In this document: positions 30,245 through 38,751 of the stretch, piece after piece
Position numbering within the stretch: the stretch's first letter is position 1
Layout: each line of letters opens with the position of its first letter
NCBI GenBank assembly: GCA_015064285.1
Contig: SVSN01000003.1
Span: 28,629 to 92,628 of the forward strand
Direction of reading: 5' to 3'
Source: Oscillospiraceae bacterium
GTDB taxonomy: Bacteria; Bacillota; Clostridia; Oscillospirales; CAG-272
DNA length: 64,000 nucleotides
Translations under genes and position numbers: made by a program
Notes under the pieces: generated by a model
The model's database searches: none
Seen by the model: only the letters and a program-made list of their open reading frames with translations
Told to the model about the DNA's origin: nothing

Positions 30245-31822
30245 ATGTTTATCAAAATCTTGCTCCTCGTACTGTTCTTCGCGTCCATGATCGGTGTGGG
30301 CATTTACTGCCACCGCACTGCAGCCAATGTACAGGGATTTGTCCTGGGTGGTCGTTCGGTTGGTCCCTGGCTCACCGCTTTCGCCTATGGTACCTCCTAT
30401 TTCTCGGCTGTAATCTTCATCGGATATGCAGGACAGTTCGGTTGGAAATATGGCGTATCTGCAACATGGGTCGGTATCGGTAATGCCATTATCGGTTCTC
30501 TGCTTGCCTGGGTTCTGCTTGGCCGCCGTACCAGACTGATGACCCAGAAACTGGATTCCAAAACCATGCCTGAATATTTCGGTCAGCGGTTCTCCTCTCC
30601 GGTTCTCAAGATCGTGGCTTCTCTGATCGTTTTCATCTTCCTGATTCCCTACACCGCTTCTCTGTACAACGGTCTTTCCCGTCTGTTCACCATGGCCTTC
30701 GGTATTGACTACGCCTGGTGCGTTATCATCATGTCCATCCTGACCGGGATCTACGTTGTACTCGGCGGATATATGGCTACCGCTATCAATGACTTTATCC
30801 AGGGCTGCATCATGCTGGTGGGGATCGTCGTGGTAATCGCTGCTGTTCTGAATTCCAACGGTGGTTTCATGCAGTCTTTCATCAGCCTGTCTGAAATCAC
30901 TCATGAAACTGTACCGGAACTGAACGGCGCTTTCGTTTCCTTCCTTGGCCCGAAACCTCTGGAACTCCTCGGCGTTGTACTGCTGACCTCTCTCGGTACC
31001 TGGGGGCTGCCGCAGATGGTAGGTAAATTTTATGCCATCAAAAACGAATCTGCTATTTCCAAGGGTACCCTGATCTCCACGATTTTCGCTATTATTGTTG
31101 CCGGCGGCTGTTACTTCCTTGGAGGTTTCGGCAGACTGTACGGTGATGTAATTGAATATTCCGCTTCCGGCAGCCCTGTATATGACAGTATCGTCCCCTC
31201 CATGCTGGCAAGCCTGCCGGACTGGGTAATTGCGATCGTAATCGTACTGGTACTCTCTGCCTCCATGTCCACCCTGTCTTCTCTGGTTCTCACCTCCAGC
31301 TCTACCCTGACACTGGATATGATCGTTCCTTTGTCCAAGAAAAACATCAATGAAAAGCAGCAGATGTTCATCATCCGTGTACTGCTGATTGTATTTATCG
31401 TGATTTCCGCTGCCATCGCCATCATCCAGGCAAAATCCTCCGTTACCTTTATTGCACAGCTGATGGGTATTTCCTGGGGGGCACTGGCCGGTGCGTTCCT
31501 GGCACCCTACCTGTACAGCCTGTACTTCAAGAAAGTCACCAAGGCTTCTGTTTGGGTCAGCTTCATCGCAGGTGTTGCCATTATGACTGCCGACCTGATC
31601 TGCAATTTCACCGGCAATGTTTTCATCAGCCCTTACTTCACTTCCCCCATCAATGCCGGTGTTCTGGCAATGATTGTTGGTCTGGTTCTGGTACCTGTAG
31701 TCAGTCTCTTTACCCAAAAACCGGAACAGTCTCTCGTTGATGATATGTTCACCTGCTACAAGCAGACTGTTGTTGTCCACAGCGCTGTGGCTCTGGCTGA
31801 CGAAGAAGAAGATCACAAATAA
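30245..31822 (+). CDS. Sodium:solute symporter (SSS) family transporter
   Basis: The protein is about 525 aa and polytopic. The N-terminus is FVLGGRSVGPWLTAFAYGTSYFSAVIFIGYAG, and YTASLY and GGYMATAINDFIQG are typical of PutP/PanF-type SSS proteins. The start is set at ATG 30245, downstream of the terminator. Confidence 0.8.
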   Translation: MFIKILLLVLFFASMIGVGIYCHRTAANVQGFVLGGRSVGPWLTAFAYGTSYFSAVIFIGYAGQFGWKYGVSATWVGIGNAIIGSLLAWVLLGRRTRLMTQKLDSKTMPEYFGQRFSSPVLKIVASLIVFIFLIPYTASLYNGLSRLFTMAFGIDYAWCVIIMSILTGIYVVLGGYMATAINDFIQGCIMLVGIVVVIAAVLNSNGGFMQSFISLSEITHETVPELNGAFVSFLGPKPLELLGVVLLTSLGTWGLPQMVGKFYAIKNESAISKGTLISTIFAIIVAGGCYFLGGFGRLYGDVIEYSASGSPVYDSIVPSMLASLPDWVIAIVIVLVLSASMSTLSSLVLTSSSTLTLDMIVPLSKKNINEKQQMFIIRVLLIVFIVISAAIAIIQAKSSVTFIAQLMGISWGALAGAFLAPYLYSLYFKKVTKASVWVSFIAGVAIMTADLICNFTGNVFISPYFTSPINAGVLAMIVGLVLVPVVSLFTQKPEQSLVDDMFTCYKQTVVVHSAVALADEEEDHK

Positions 31823-31832
31823 GAATTTCCAT

Positions 31833-31871
31833 GTATCCGTCCGAAATATCCTCGGGCGGATACGCTTTTTT
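31833..31871 (+). terminator. Intrinsic terminator after the SSS transporter
   Basis: gtatccgtccga (31833-31844) pairs with tcgggcggatac (31852-31863), one G-U pair, followed by gctttttt. Confidence 0.8.
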
Positions 31872-31949
31872 CCGCCAAAAACAGTTCCCTTTCGTCTGCA
31901 TTTGTGATATAATGAAATCAAATCTACCCAGTATACGGAGGTTTCCTTT

Positions 31950-32645
31950 ATGAAGATTCATTTTCTCGGTACCGGTGCGGCAGACTGGGATATCAAAAAC
32001 CCCAATCCCACCAAAAATTTCCGTCGTTTTTCCAGTATCCTGGTGGACGATTCTCTCCTGGTTGATCCCGGTCCGTGTATCCGGGAGTTTATGACCACCT
32101 TTGCCTGTCCCGCACTCCTGGATAACTGCAGACACATCATCAACACCCATCGTCACGGTGACCACTTCCAGCAGGAAATGATCGATTCCCTGCCGGCCGG
32201 TCTTTTCCATCCGATGCACTCCGGCGAAACATTTGAAACCGAAGACCACATCATTTCCGCGTATGCAGCACATCACGGAACAGTCAAAGACGGTGTGCAT
32301 TTCGTTATCGAAAGCAAAGCGGACGGGAAGCGTTTCTTCTACGGCTGCGATGGTGCCTGGTTGTATTACGAAACTGCCTGGAGTCTGATGAAACAGAAAT
32401 TTGATCTGATGATCTTCGACTGTACCATCGGCGATCTGGCCGGTGACTACCGGATTTTCGAACATAATAATGTTGCCATGGTAGCTGAAATGAAAGCCAC
32501 TTTTCAGTCCCACGGATGCTGTAAACAGTTTATGGTCTCCCATATGGCCCGCACACTGCACCCGGCGACCCATGAGGAAGCGGCAGCGGTACTTGCAGGT
32601 TATGGTATCGATACTGCCTGGGACAACCGCATAGTGGTTCTGTAA
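31950..32645 (+). CDS. MBL-fold metallo-hydrolase
   Basis: The start is MKIHFLGTGAA, and the HxHxDH motif is NTHRHGDHF. Confidence 0.75.
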   Translation: MKIHFLGTGAADWDIKNPNPTKNFRRFSSILVDDSLLVDPGPCIREFMTTFACPALLDNCRHIINTHRHGDHFQQEMIDSLPAGLFHPMHSGETFETEDHIISAYAAHHGTVKDGVHFVIESKADGKRFFYGCDGAWLYYETAWSLMKQKFDLMIFDCTIGDLAGDYRIFEHNNVAMVAEMKATFQSHGCCKQFMVSHMARTLHPATHEEAAAVLAGYGIDTAWDNRIVVL

Positions 32646-32655
32646 TCCCATAAAA

Positions 32656-32692
32656 ACAGCCGTGGGCGGACTTATGGTTCCCTCACGGCTGT
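32656..32692. terminator. Hairpin between convergent genes (terminator for the marR-JAB operon on the minus strand)
   Basis: acagccgtg (32656-32664) pairs with cacggctgt (32684-32692). The T-run is present only in the minus-strand reading (complement of taaaaa 32651-32656). Confidence 0.6.
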
Positions 32693-33105
32693 AAATATGT
32701 GTATTCCATTTTGTGATTTACGATGATCTGTCCCAGAAATCTGGGCCTGTCAGGAAAACGTGCTGCCAGAATCTGATTGGTATGAAGATCTTCCGGCGAC
32801 GGTGCCGTACTGCAGGCTGCATGCGTATGTCCCACGAAGAAATAGGAAACACCTTCCATCTGGTAACGGATCTTCGCAGAAAGAAGATTTACCCGGTGAA
32901 GCATTCCCTCCGTCAGCTGCATGGAACGGATAAAATACCGGCTGCGGTTCAGAAATACGGCGTATGTCGTATCCTCCGGAGCCTTCCATAACCGGAACTG
33001 CATATAATACGCCATATACTCCGGGCAGAGAAAACGATTGTCTTCCGCATAACGCATCTCCAAATACGCAAGCAGCTCACTGTCCGGAAATATCGGTGAA
33101 GCCAT
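32683..33105 (-). CDS. JAB/MPN (JAMM) domain protein, RadC-like core
   Basis: GHTHAACSTAPSPEDL fits the JAMM metal motif HxH-x7-S-xx-D. The ATG lies 1 nt after the marR stop codon. Confidence 0.6.
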   Translation of the reverse strand: MASPIFPDSELLAYLEMRYAEDNRFLCPEYMAYYMQFRLWKAPEDTTYAVFLNRSRYFIRSMQLTEGMLHRVNLLSAKIRYQMEGVSYFFVGHTHAACSTAPSPEDLHTNQILAARFPDRPRFLGQIIVNHKMEYTYLQP

Positions 33106-33106
33106 C

Positions 33107-33604
33107 TCAGTTCTTTTCCCGTTCCTGACGGCAGAACTCAGCATCCTTCCGGAAAATCTCCGACAGAGTTACAACGCTCTGGCCCACTTTTTCTTTTTCT
33201 TCCTGGCTGAAATACTGCATCACCCGGAGCACTTCATGGATCAGTTCCCCGATCATGGTTTCCAGATATGCCATGCCCTGTTCGGTGATGGAAATATACA
33301 CCTGGCGGCGGTTTTCCCTGTTGTGGGTACGGATCACGTATTCCTTGTCTTCCAGATCATTTACAAGTTTGGTCAGCTGCTGTTTTGTGATACCCATTTC
33401 ATCCGCAAAACGGGTCATGGTGATCGGCTGGTTTTGGTATTTCCGGAGTGCATACAGCATGGAAAAACCATGGGAATTGGCCCTGTATTCATTGGTTTCG
33501 ATTTCGTGCCGGCGGATCAGGGCGTAATAATCCACCATAAAATTCAGGAAATCTCTTGCAACCTTAAAATCGGATGTATCCATCATTGCGGACATGACCT
33601 CCAA
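33107..33604 (-). CDS. MarR-family transcriptional regulator
   Basis: The winged HTH reads ITMTRFADEMGITKQQLTKLVNDLEDKEYVIRTHNRENRRQVYISITEQG. Confidence 0.85.
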   Translation of the reverse strand: MEVMSAMMDTSDFKVARDFLNFMVDYYALIRRHEIETNEYRANSHGFSMLYALRKYQNQPITMTRFADEMGITKQQLTKLVNDLEDKEYVIRTHNRENRRQVYISITEQGMAYLETMIGELIHEVLRVMQYFSQEEKEKVGQSVVTLSEIFRKDAEFCRQEREKN

Positions 33605-33875
33605 CTTTCTGTATACTGCAGTAAATCTGTCGTTTTCTGACAGATCTGAGAATGATTTTACAATTTATATTAGTATACCACAATCCAATACTATTGTCAA
33701 CACAAAACTGTTTCGGAACAAAAGGGACGGACAGCATCCGTATTCTGATATTCTCTTAAAATATGTTTAGTAATCCGGAACAGAAAATTCAAAAATTCTG
33801 CTATATTCCCGCCGGAAAATATGGTATACTGTATACAACATAAGTATTATATACACCTATGGGAGGAAATTACAT

Positions 33876-34394
33876 ATGCTGAAAAAACAAATACTGGCGG
33901 CTGTGCTGATGACCGGCGCTATTCTTCTGACAGGCTGCGGCGGCTCTGCGGGGGAGACAGCTGTTGACACGGATGAAGATGTAATCACCGAAACATTGCC
34001 CGAAGAAAACCAGTCCGATGAAAATGCGGATGAAACCAAGGAAGAAACCGAAACCAAAAAACAGCAGAGCACTTTCACAGAATTCCAGAAACTGACCATC
34101 ACCGAAGACGAAGCACCATATTATGACGCATCTCTGGGTGCGTTTGTCATTCGTTTCACCGATGAGAATGTACGGTATCTGGCAGATGACGCCTGCGGAA
34201 TCGGGATTTCCGGAGACGGCGAAGCGTATTCCATTGCCGGCACCATTGATATGACAGCCCATCCTGAGTTTGAAAACGGTGACTATTATACCGGTATCGT
34301 TGTGAAACCTTCCGAAGATGTTTATGAAGGAACGTATACCATCACCATTACCTTTGATTCTTACCTTGTTTCCTTCCCCTGTCGGATCAGCTGA
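33876..34394 (+). CDS. Small lipoprotein of unknown function
   Basis: The lipobox is ILLTGC, followed by an acidic linker. GGGAGG lies upstream. Confidence 0.6.
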   Translation: MLKKQILAAVLMTGAILLTGCGGSAGETAVDTDEDVITETLPEENQSDENADETKEETETKKQQSTFTEFQKLTITEDEAPYYDASLGAFVIRFTDENVRYLADDACGIGISGDGEAYSIAGTIDMTAHPEFENGDYYTGIVVKPSEDVYEGTYTITITFDSYLVSFPCRIS

Positions 34395-34400
34395 CAACAC

Positions 34401-34444
34401 AAAACGTACTGCATCATAACCGGATACAGTACGTTTTCTTTTTA
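34401..34444. terminator. Bidirectional terminator between the lipoprotein gene and radA
   Basis: aacgtactg (34403-34411) pairs with cagtacgtt (34427-34435), flanked by an A-run and a T-run. Confidence 0.75.
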
Positions 34445-35857
34445 TTCTGTTTCTGCCGCGTGAACATCTGGTTTGGCAAGCAGTCGTACGGCATCATAAA
34501 TCCCGCCCATCTGGATCAGGCTGACCTCATCCGGCATATCCTTTTTCAGAATGGTGCGTTTCGGAATGGCAATCTTGGTAAAACCAAGACGGCTGGATTC
34601 TTCCACTCTCTGTTCGATACCGGATACCGCCCGGAACTCGCCGGAAAGCCCCAGTTCTCCCATAGCTATCACATCCGGCGGAACGGGAATATCCCGCATG
34701 GACGATATCAGCGCCAGTGCAATGGCGGCATCCGCGGCAGGTTCATCGATCCGCAGACCGCCGATGACATTCAGATACACGTCACAGGAGCTAAAACGCA
34801 GGCCAAGCCGTTTCTCCAGCACGGCCAGAAGCAGATACATACGATTATAATCGATCCCATCCGCTGTCCGGCGGGGTGAATTGGAGCCGGTCGGTGTCAC
34901 CAGCGCCTGGATCTCGGCAATAATGGGGCGGGTTCCTTCCAGAATACAAACGGCGCAGGACCCGGAAATGCCGACAGGCCGTCCTTCCAGCAGCATAGAC
35001 GATGGATTCTCCACTTCTTCCAGCCCTTTGTCGGTCATTTCAAACACACCGATCTCGTTGGTACTGCCGTAACGGTTCTTGATTGCCCGGATGATCCTGT
35101 GGGACTGACGCCGTTCTCCTTCAAAGGACAAAACTGCATCCACCATATGTTCCAGTACCTTTGGTCCGGCAATGCCGCCTTCCTTGTTCACATGCCCCAC
35201 TATGATCACAGCAGCACCGTCTGATTTGGCTTTCCCGATCAGCACAGAAGCACATTCCCGCACCTGGGTTACACTACCCTGCAGGGAGGAGGAAAGGTCG
35301 GAGTACATGGTCTGTATGGAATCCACAATTACCACATCGGGTTTGATTCTCTCATATTCCGCCACAACGGCATGGATATTCACTTCCGTCAGGAGAAACA
35401 GTTTCTCTCCGTCTGCTCCCAGCCGTTCGGACCGGAGCTTGAGCTGCCCCTTGGATTCTTCACCCGACACATACAGGATCGTGGACTGATCCCCCAGTTT
35501 GCCGCACAGCTGCATCAGCAGAGTGGATTTCCCGATACCCGGTTCCCCTGCCAGCAGTACCACAGAACCGGTTACCAGGCCTCCGCCCAGCACACGGTTC
35601 AGTTCCCCGATTCCGGTATCCAGGCGCATATAATCCGGCGTTGTTATCTCCCGGAAGCGTACGGCTTTTTCCCGTTCTCCCTCCGGCGTCAGGGTACGGC
35701 GCCTGGCTTCGGCAGTTCTGGATGCCGGTTCGGGAATCTGGGTATATGTTTCTTCGGTAAAACTGTTCCATGCATTGCAGGAAGGACAGCGACCCATCCA
35801 TTTGGCGCTCTGGTAATCACATTCGCTGCACACATATACTTTTTTCGGCTGTTTCAT
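34442..35857 (-). CDS. radA: DNA repair protein RadA/Sms
   Basis: The zinc finger is CSECDYQSAKWMGRCPSCNAWNS. The Walker A motif is GEPGIGKST, the KNRYG motif is AIKNRYGSTNE, and a Lon-like C-terminal domain is present. Confidence 0.95.
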   Translation of the reverse strand: MKQPKKVYVCSECDYQSAKWMGRCPSCNAWNSFTEETYTQIPEPASRTAEARRRTLTPEGEREKAVRFREITTPDYMRLDTGIGELNRVLGGGLVTGSVVLLAGEPGIGKSTLLMQLCGKLGDQSTILYVSGEESKGQLKLRSERLGADGEKLFLLTEVNIHAVVAEYERIKPDVVIVDSIQTMYSDLSSSLQGSVTQVRECASVLIGKAKSDGAAVIIVGHVNKEGGIAGPKVLEHMVDAVLSFEGERRQSHRIIRAIKNRYGSTNEIGVFEMTDKGLEEVENPSSMLLEGRPVGISGSCAVCILEGTRPIIAEIQALVTPTGSNSPRRTADGIDYNRMYLLLAVLEKRLGLRFSSCDVYLNVIGGLRIDEPAADAAIALALISSMRDIPVPPDVIAMGELGLSGEFRAVSGIEQRVEESSRLGFTKIAIPKRTILKKDMPDEVSLIQMGGIYDAVRLLAKPDVHAAETE

Positions 35858-35889
35858 ATTGGCTCCTGTCACCGGACATACCGGTTATT

Positions 35890-36660
35890 TCATGATCCTT
35901 TGCTGGTTTTTTCCGCTTCCCAGCCTTCCGCCAGCGCGGCCGTCAGCACACAAGCCATCCGCTGTCTGTACTCCGGCGTATGCAGCAGCCGGAATTCCCC
36001 GGGATTGGAAAGAAAACCACATTCCACCAGCACTGCCGGTATCTGCAGACGGTGCAGCAGATAGATGGAAGAGGTGGCTTTTTTGATTTCGCGTTTGTTT
36101 TCCGGATCCAGAAAGGTTCTGCCGTAACTCTGCAGCAGGGATGCATATAGGCGACTTTCCTCCGTGTTTGGAGAATAGTATACCTGCAGACCCCTGCAGC
36201 CGGCGGACGGAAACTTGTTCATATGGATGCTGCAGAACAGCGCAGCGTCTGTTTCTTCCGCAAAACGCAGACGGTTCCGCAGGTCATATGTTTTCTTTTT
36301 TCCGCTGTATTCGTCCAGATCCCCGTACAGATCGTACAGCATCCGGTCTTCCGTTCTTGTCAGCACAGACGGATATCCAAGCAGATCCGCCGCCGCTTCC
36401 ATGGTCATGGCGATATCCAGATTGAAGAATTTTTCCGCAGTTCCGTCCTCTGCTTCCGCACCGCCGTCCTCCCCGCCATGGCCCGGATCCAGTACGAACA
36501 CCACGGCTTTTTCCGGAGATGCAGAGGCTGGGATATCCCCGGAAGCAGGCAGGATACCGGCAAACCATCCCACCGCAGCGGCACACCCCAGGGTCAGGGA
36601 CGCTGCCAGAACATACAGACTGATTGTCCGGATCGGGAATTTTTTTTGCAATATGGTCAC
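35890..36660 (-). CDS. cwlD: N-acetylmuramoyl-L-alanine amidase (CwlD-like, germination-specific type)
   Basis: An N-terminal TM helix is followed by LDPGHGGEDGGA, SIHMN and ECGFLSNPGE, which are Amidase_3 motifs. The size and the sporulation gene context fit CwlD. Confidence 0.7.
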   Translation of the reverse strand: MTILQKKFPIRTISLYVLAASLTLGCAAAVGWFAGILPASGDIPASASPEKAVVFVLDPGHGGEDGGAEAEDGTAEKFFNLDIAMTMEAAADLLGYPSVLTRTEDRMLYDLYGDLDEYSGKKKTYDLRNRLRFAEETDAALFCSIHMNKFPSAGCRGLQVYYSPNTEESRLYASLLQSYGRTFLDPENKREIKKATSSIYLLHRLQIPAVLVECGFLSNPGEFRLLHTPEYRQRMACVLTAALAEGWEAEKTSKGS

Positions 36661-36758
36661 ACTCCTTTTTGGACATATCCTATGCGGAAAGCAGCCGGAA
36701 TATGACCCGGGGAATGTGAGAAAACCCGCCGGTCGCCAGGACAGACGGGTCAGGTTTT

Positions 36759-37352
36759 TCAGGATTTCTTCTTCGGATCGGTTTCGTCCTTCTGCTTTTT
36801 CGGCGGGCTCAGTTCAAATATGGAAAACACCCGGCGATTGGTCAGGCCCATGTAGTAACCGAAAGTACAGGTAAACATGGCAGGCAGAACGACCAGCAGA
36901 TGCGCGATGGGATTATTGGGAGAATATGTCTGGATCAGCCCGATATACATGCCGTGCCACAGGCGTCCGATGGCATTGAATATGGCATACATATTTCCGG
37001 CCCATTCCATTTCAAACATACCGCCCTTTTTCCCGAAAATATATCCGATGATAATCAGCACGGCAAACAGGATGTTGGGAATGTTATGAAGCAGGCTCAT
37101 TTTCAGACCGTTCAGAGGCTGCCAGGCAGCTCTTCCCCCGTCAAACCGGATACGGTCCTGTCCGCCTTTTTCCCATACAACCATGTACAGAAGCATCAGG
37201 TAAAAACAAATGGCAAAGAGGCTTGTAAACAGTTTCAGCGTTTGATTGGAAGCAGCCGCTGCTGTGATCATCAGGCCCATTACCGCTGCGCCGAACTGAT
37301 TGAGGATCAGCTTGGTGACAATTCTTCCGTTTTCAGTCCAGAATTCACGCAT
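36759..37352 (-). CDS. Hypothetical polytopic membrane protein
   Basis: This is a 197-aa ORF with several hydrophobic helices and a K-rich C-terminus. No family was recognised. Confidence 0.5.
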   Translation of the reverse strand: MREFWTENGRIVTKLILNQFGAAVMGLMITAAAASNQTLKLFTSLFAICFYLMLLYMVVWEKGGQDRIRFDGGRAAWQPLNGLKMSLLHNIPNILFAVLIIIGYIFGKKGGMFEMEWAGNMYAIFNAIGRLWHGMYIGLIQTYSPNNPIAHLLVVLPAMFTCTFGYYMGLTNRRVFSIFELSPPKKQKDETDPKKKS

Positions 37353-37633
37353 AAATCTATAGAAAATCCTTTCTGTATCACACTGTACTGACCAGACATG
37401 CCTTGTTGCGGTTCGGTCAGAGAACTATGTATTATATTGTATTGTTATTTTGTTACGAAAACAAGTCATTTCCGCAAAATCAGCGAAAATTTACAAACTA
37501 TCCATGAAAAATGACATATTTGCGTTCTTTCCGGAAATCCGTCGGTGTTCCGGTATATTTATTTTTTTGCCGAAAAAATCCCAAAAGAACTACCACTTAC
37601 GCCGTTTTTATGATATAATAGTATGAAATCGAA

Positions 37634-38701
37634 TTGCAAAAGAAGGAAATACGTTTGGCCAGACCAAAAACTGATTATCGCCTGGGGCTGCCTGCCCTTG
37701 TGAAGGATTTTGCCACCTACAAACTGACCATCCAGGGATGCAGCGAAAAGACCGTCAAAGAATATCTGCTGGATCTGCGGACTTTCCTGCGGTATATGAC
37801 TGCCGTCCGGAAAGGTCAGCCTACCGAAGGAGAAGAATTTTCCAAGATCGACATCTCCGGACTGGACAGGGATTTTTTCGCATCTGTAACCACCGGAGAG
37901 ATCTACGATTTTCTCGGGTACGCCAGGAGAGACCGCGAAAACGAAAACAAATCCATGGCCAGAAAGCTCTCCGCCATCAAATCGTTCTATAAATATCTGA
38001 CCGTCAAGCTGATGTTGTTTGAGAACAATCCGGCTATCACCATAGAAACCCCAAAACAGAAGAAACAGCTTCCCAAGCATCTTTCCCTGACAGAAAGCGT
38101 TGACCTGCTGGAAGCGGTGGAGAGCGACCAGGATTCCAAATCCAAAGAACGGGACTTTGCCATTCTGACCCTGTTTCTGAACTGCGGAATGCGTCTTTCG
38201 GAGCTTGCCGGAATCAGTCTCCCGGATCTTGACACAGAGCTGCGGTCTCTGCGGGTCATGGGGAAAGGCTCCAAAGAACGGATCATTTACCTCAATGACG
38301 CCTGCCGGGATGCGCTGAACGCCTATCTCCCCAAACGGCTGGCAACGCCTACCAAGGGTGACAACGCCCTGTTTCTTTCCAACCGGAACCAACGCATCAG
38401 TGTAAAAACCGTACAGTGGATGGTTTACAAATATCTGAAATCCGCCGGGCTGGAATATAAGCACTACTCCACCCACAAACTGCGTCATACAGCTGCCACC
38501 CTGATGTACCAGACCGGCCAGGTGGACATCCGGGTTCTCAAGGATATCCTGGGCCACGAACAGCTGAACACCACCCAGATCTACACCCACGTTGCCAATG
38601 CGGACATGGAAGCCGCCATGGCTAAAAATCCCCTTGCCAATATAACCCGGGAAGAAATCAAAACCGGTGACCCCGCCGACGAAGATTCTGAAGAATCATA
38701 A
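37634..38701 (+). CDS. Tyrosine recombinase (XerC/XerD-like)
   Basis: The N-terminal SAM-like domain reads CSEKTVKEYLLDLRTFLRYM. The C-terminal catalytic motifs are HKLRHTAATLMY...LGHEQLNTTQIYTHV. The start is a non-ATG (TTG) as given by the ORF track. Confidence 0.8.
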   Translation: MQKKEIRLARPKTDYRLGLPALVKDFATYKLTIQGCSEKTVKEYLLDLRTFLRYMTAVRKGQPTEGEEFSKIDISGLDRDFFASVTTGEIYDFLGYARRDRENENKSMARKLSAIKSFYKYLTVKLMLFENNPAITIETPKQKKQLPKHLSLTESVDLLEAVESDQDSKSKERDFAILTLFLNCGMRLSELAGISLPDLDTELRSLRVMGKGSKERIIYLNDACRDALNAYLPKRLATPTKGDNALFLSNRNQRISVKTVQWMVYKYLKSAGLEYKHYSTHKLRHTAATLMYQTGQVDIRVLKDILGHEQLNTTQIYTHVANADMEAAMAKNPLANITREEIKTGDPADEDSEES

Positions 38702-38751
38702 ATACCTTTACAGTCTGTTATAAAATTTCATACACATAAAGGAGTTCCCCT

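Noticed and set aside
37531-37568. The hairpin ccggaa / ttccgg followed by a T-rich stretch, in the spacer upstream of the recombinase gene. It could be an orphan terminator or the 3' end of an sRNA.
   Set aside because: The stem is only 6 bp, the T-run is not adjacent to it, and no convincing promoter lies upstream on the plus strand.
37634-38701. The tyrosine recombinase as a marker of an integrated mobile element or prophage.
   Set aside because: I could find no flanking direct repeats, no phage, transposase or conjugation genes, and no tRNA target. The domain layout fits housekeeping Xer-type recombinases common in Clostridia.
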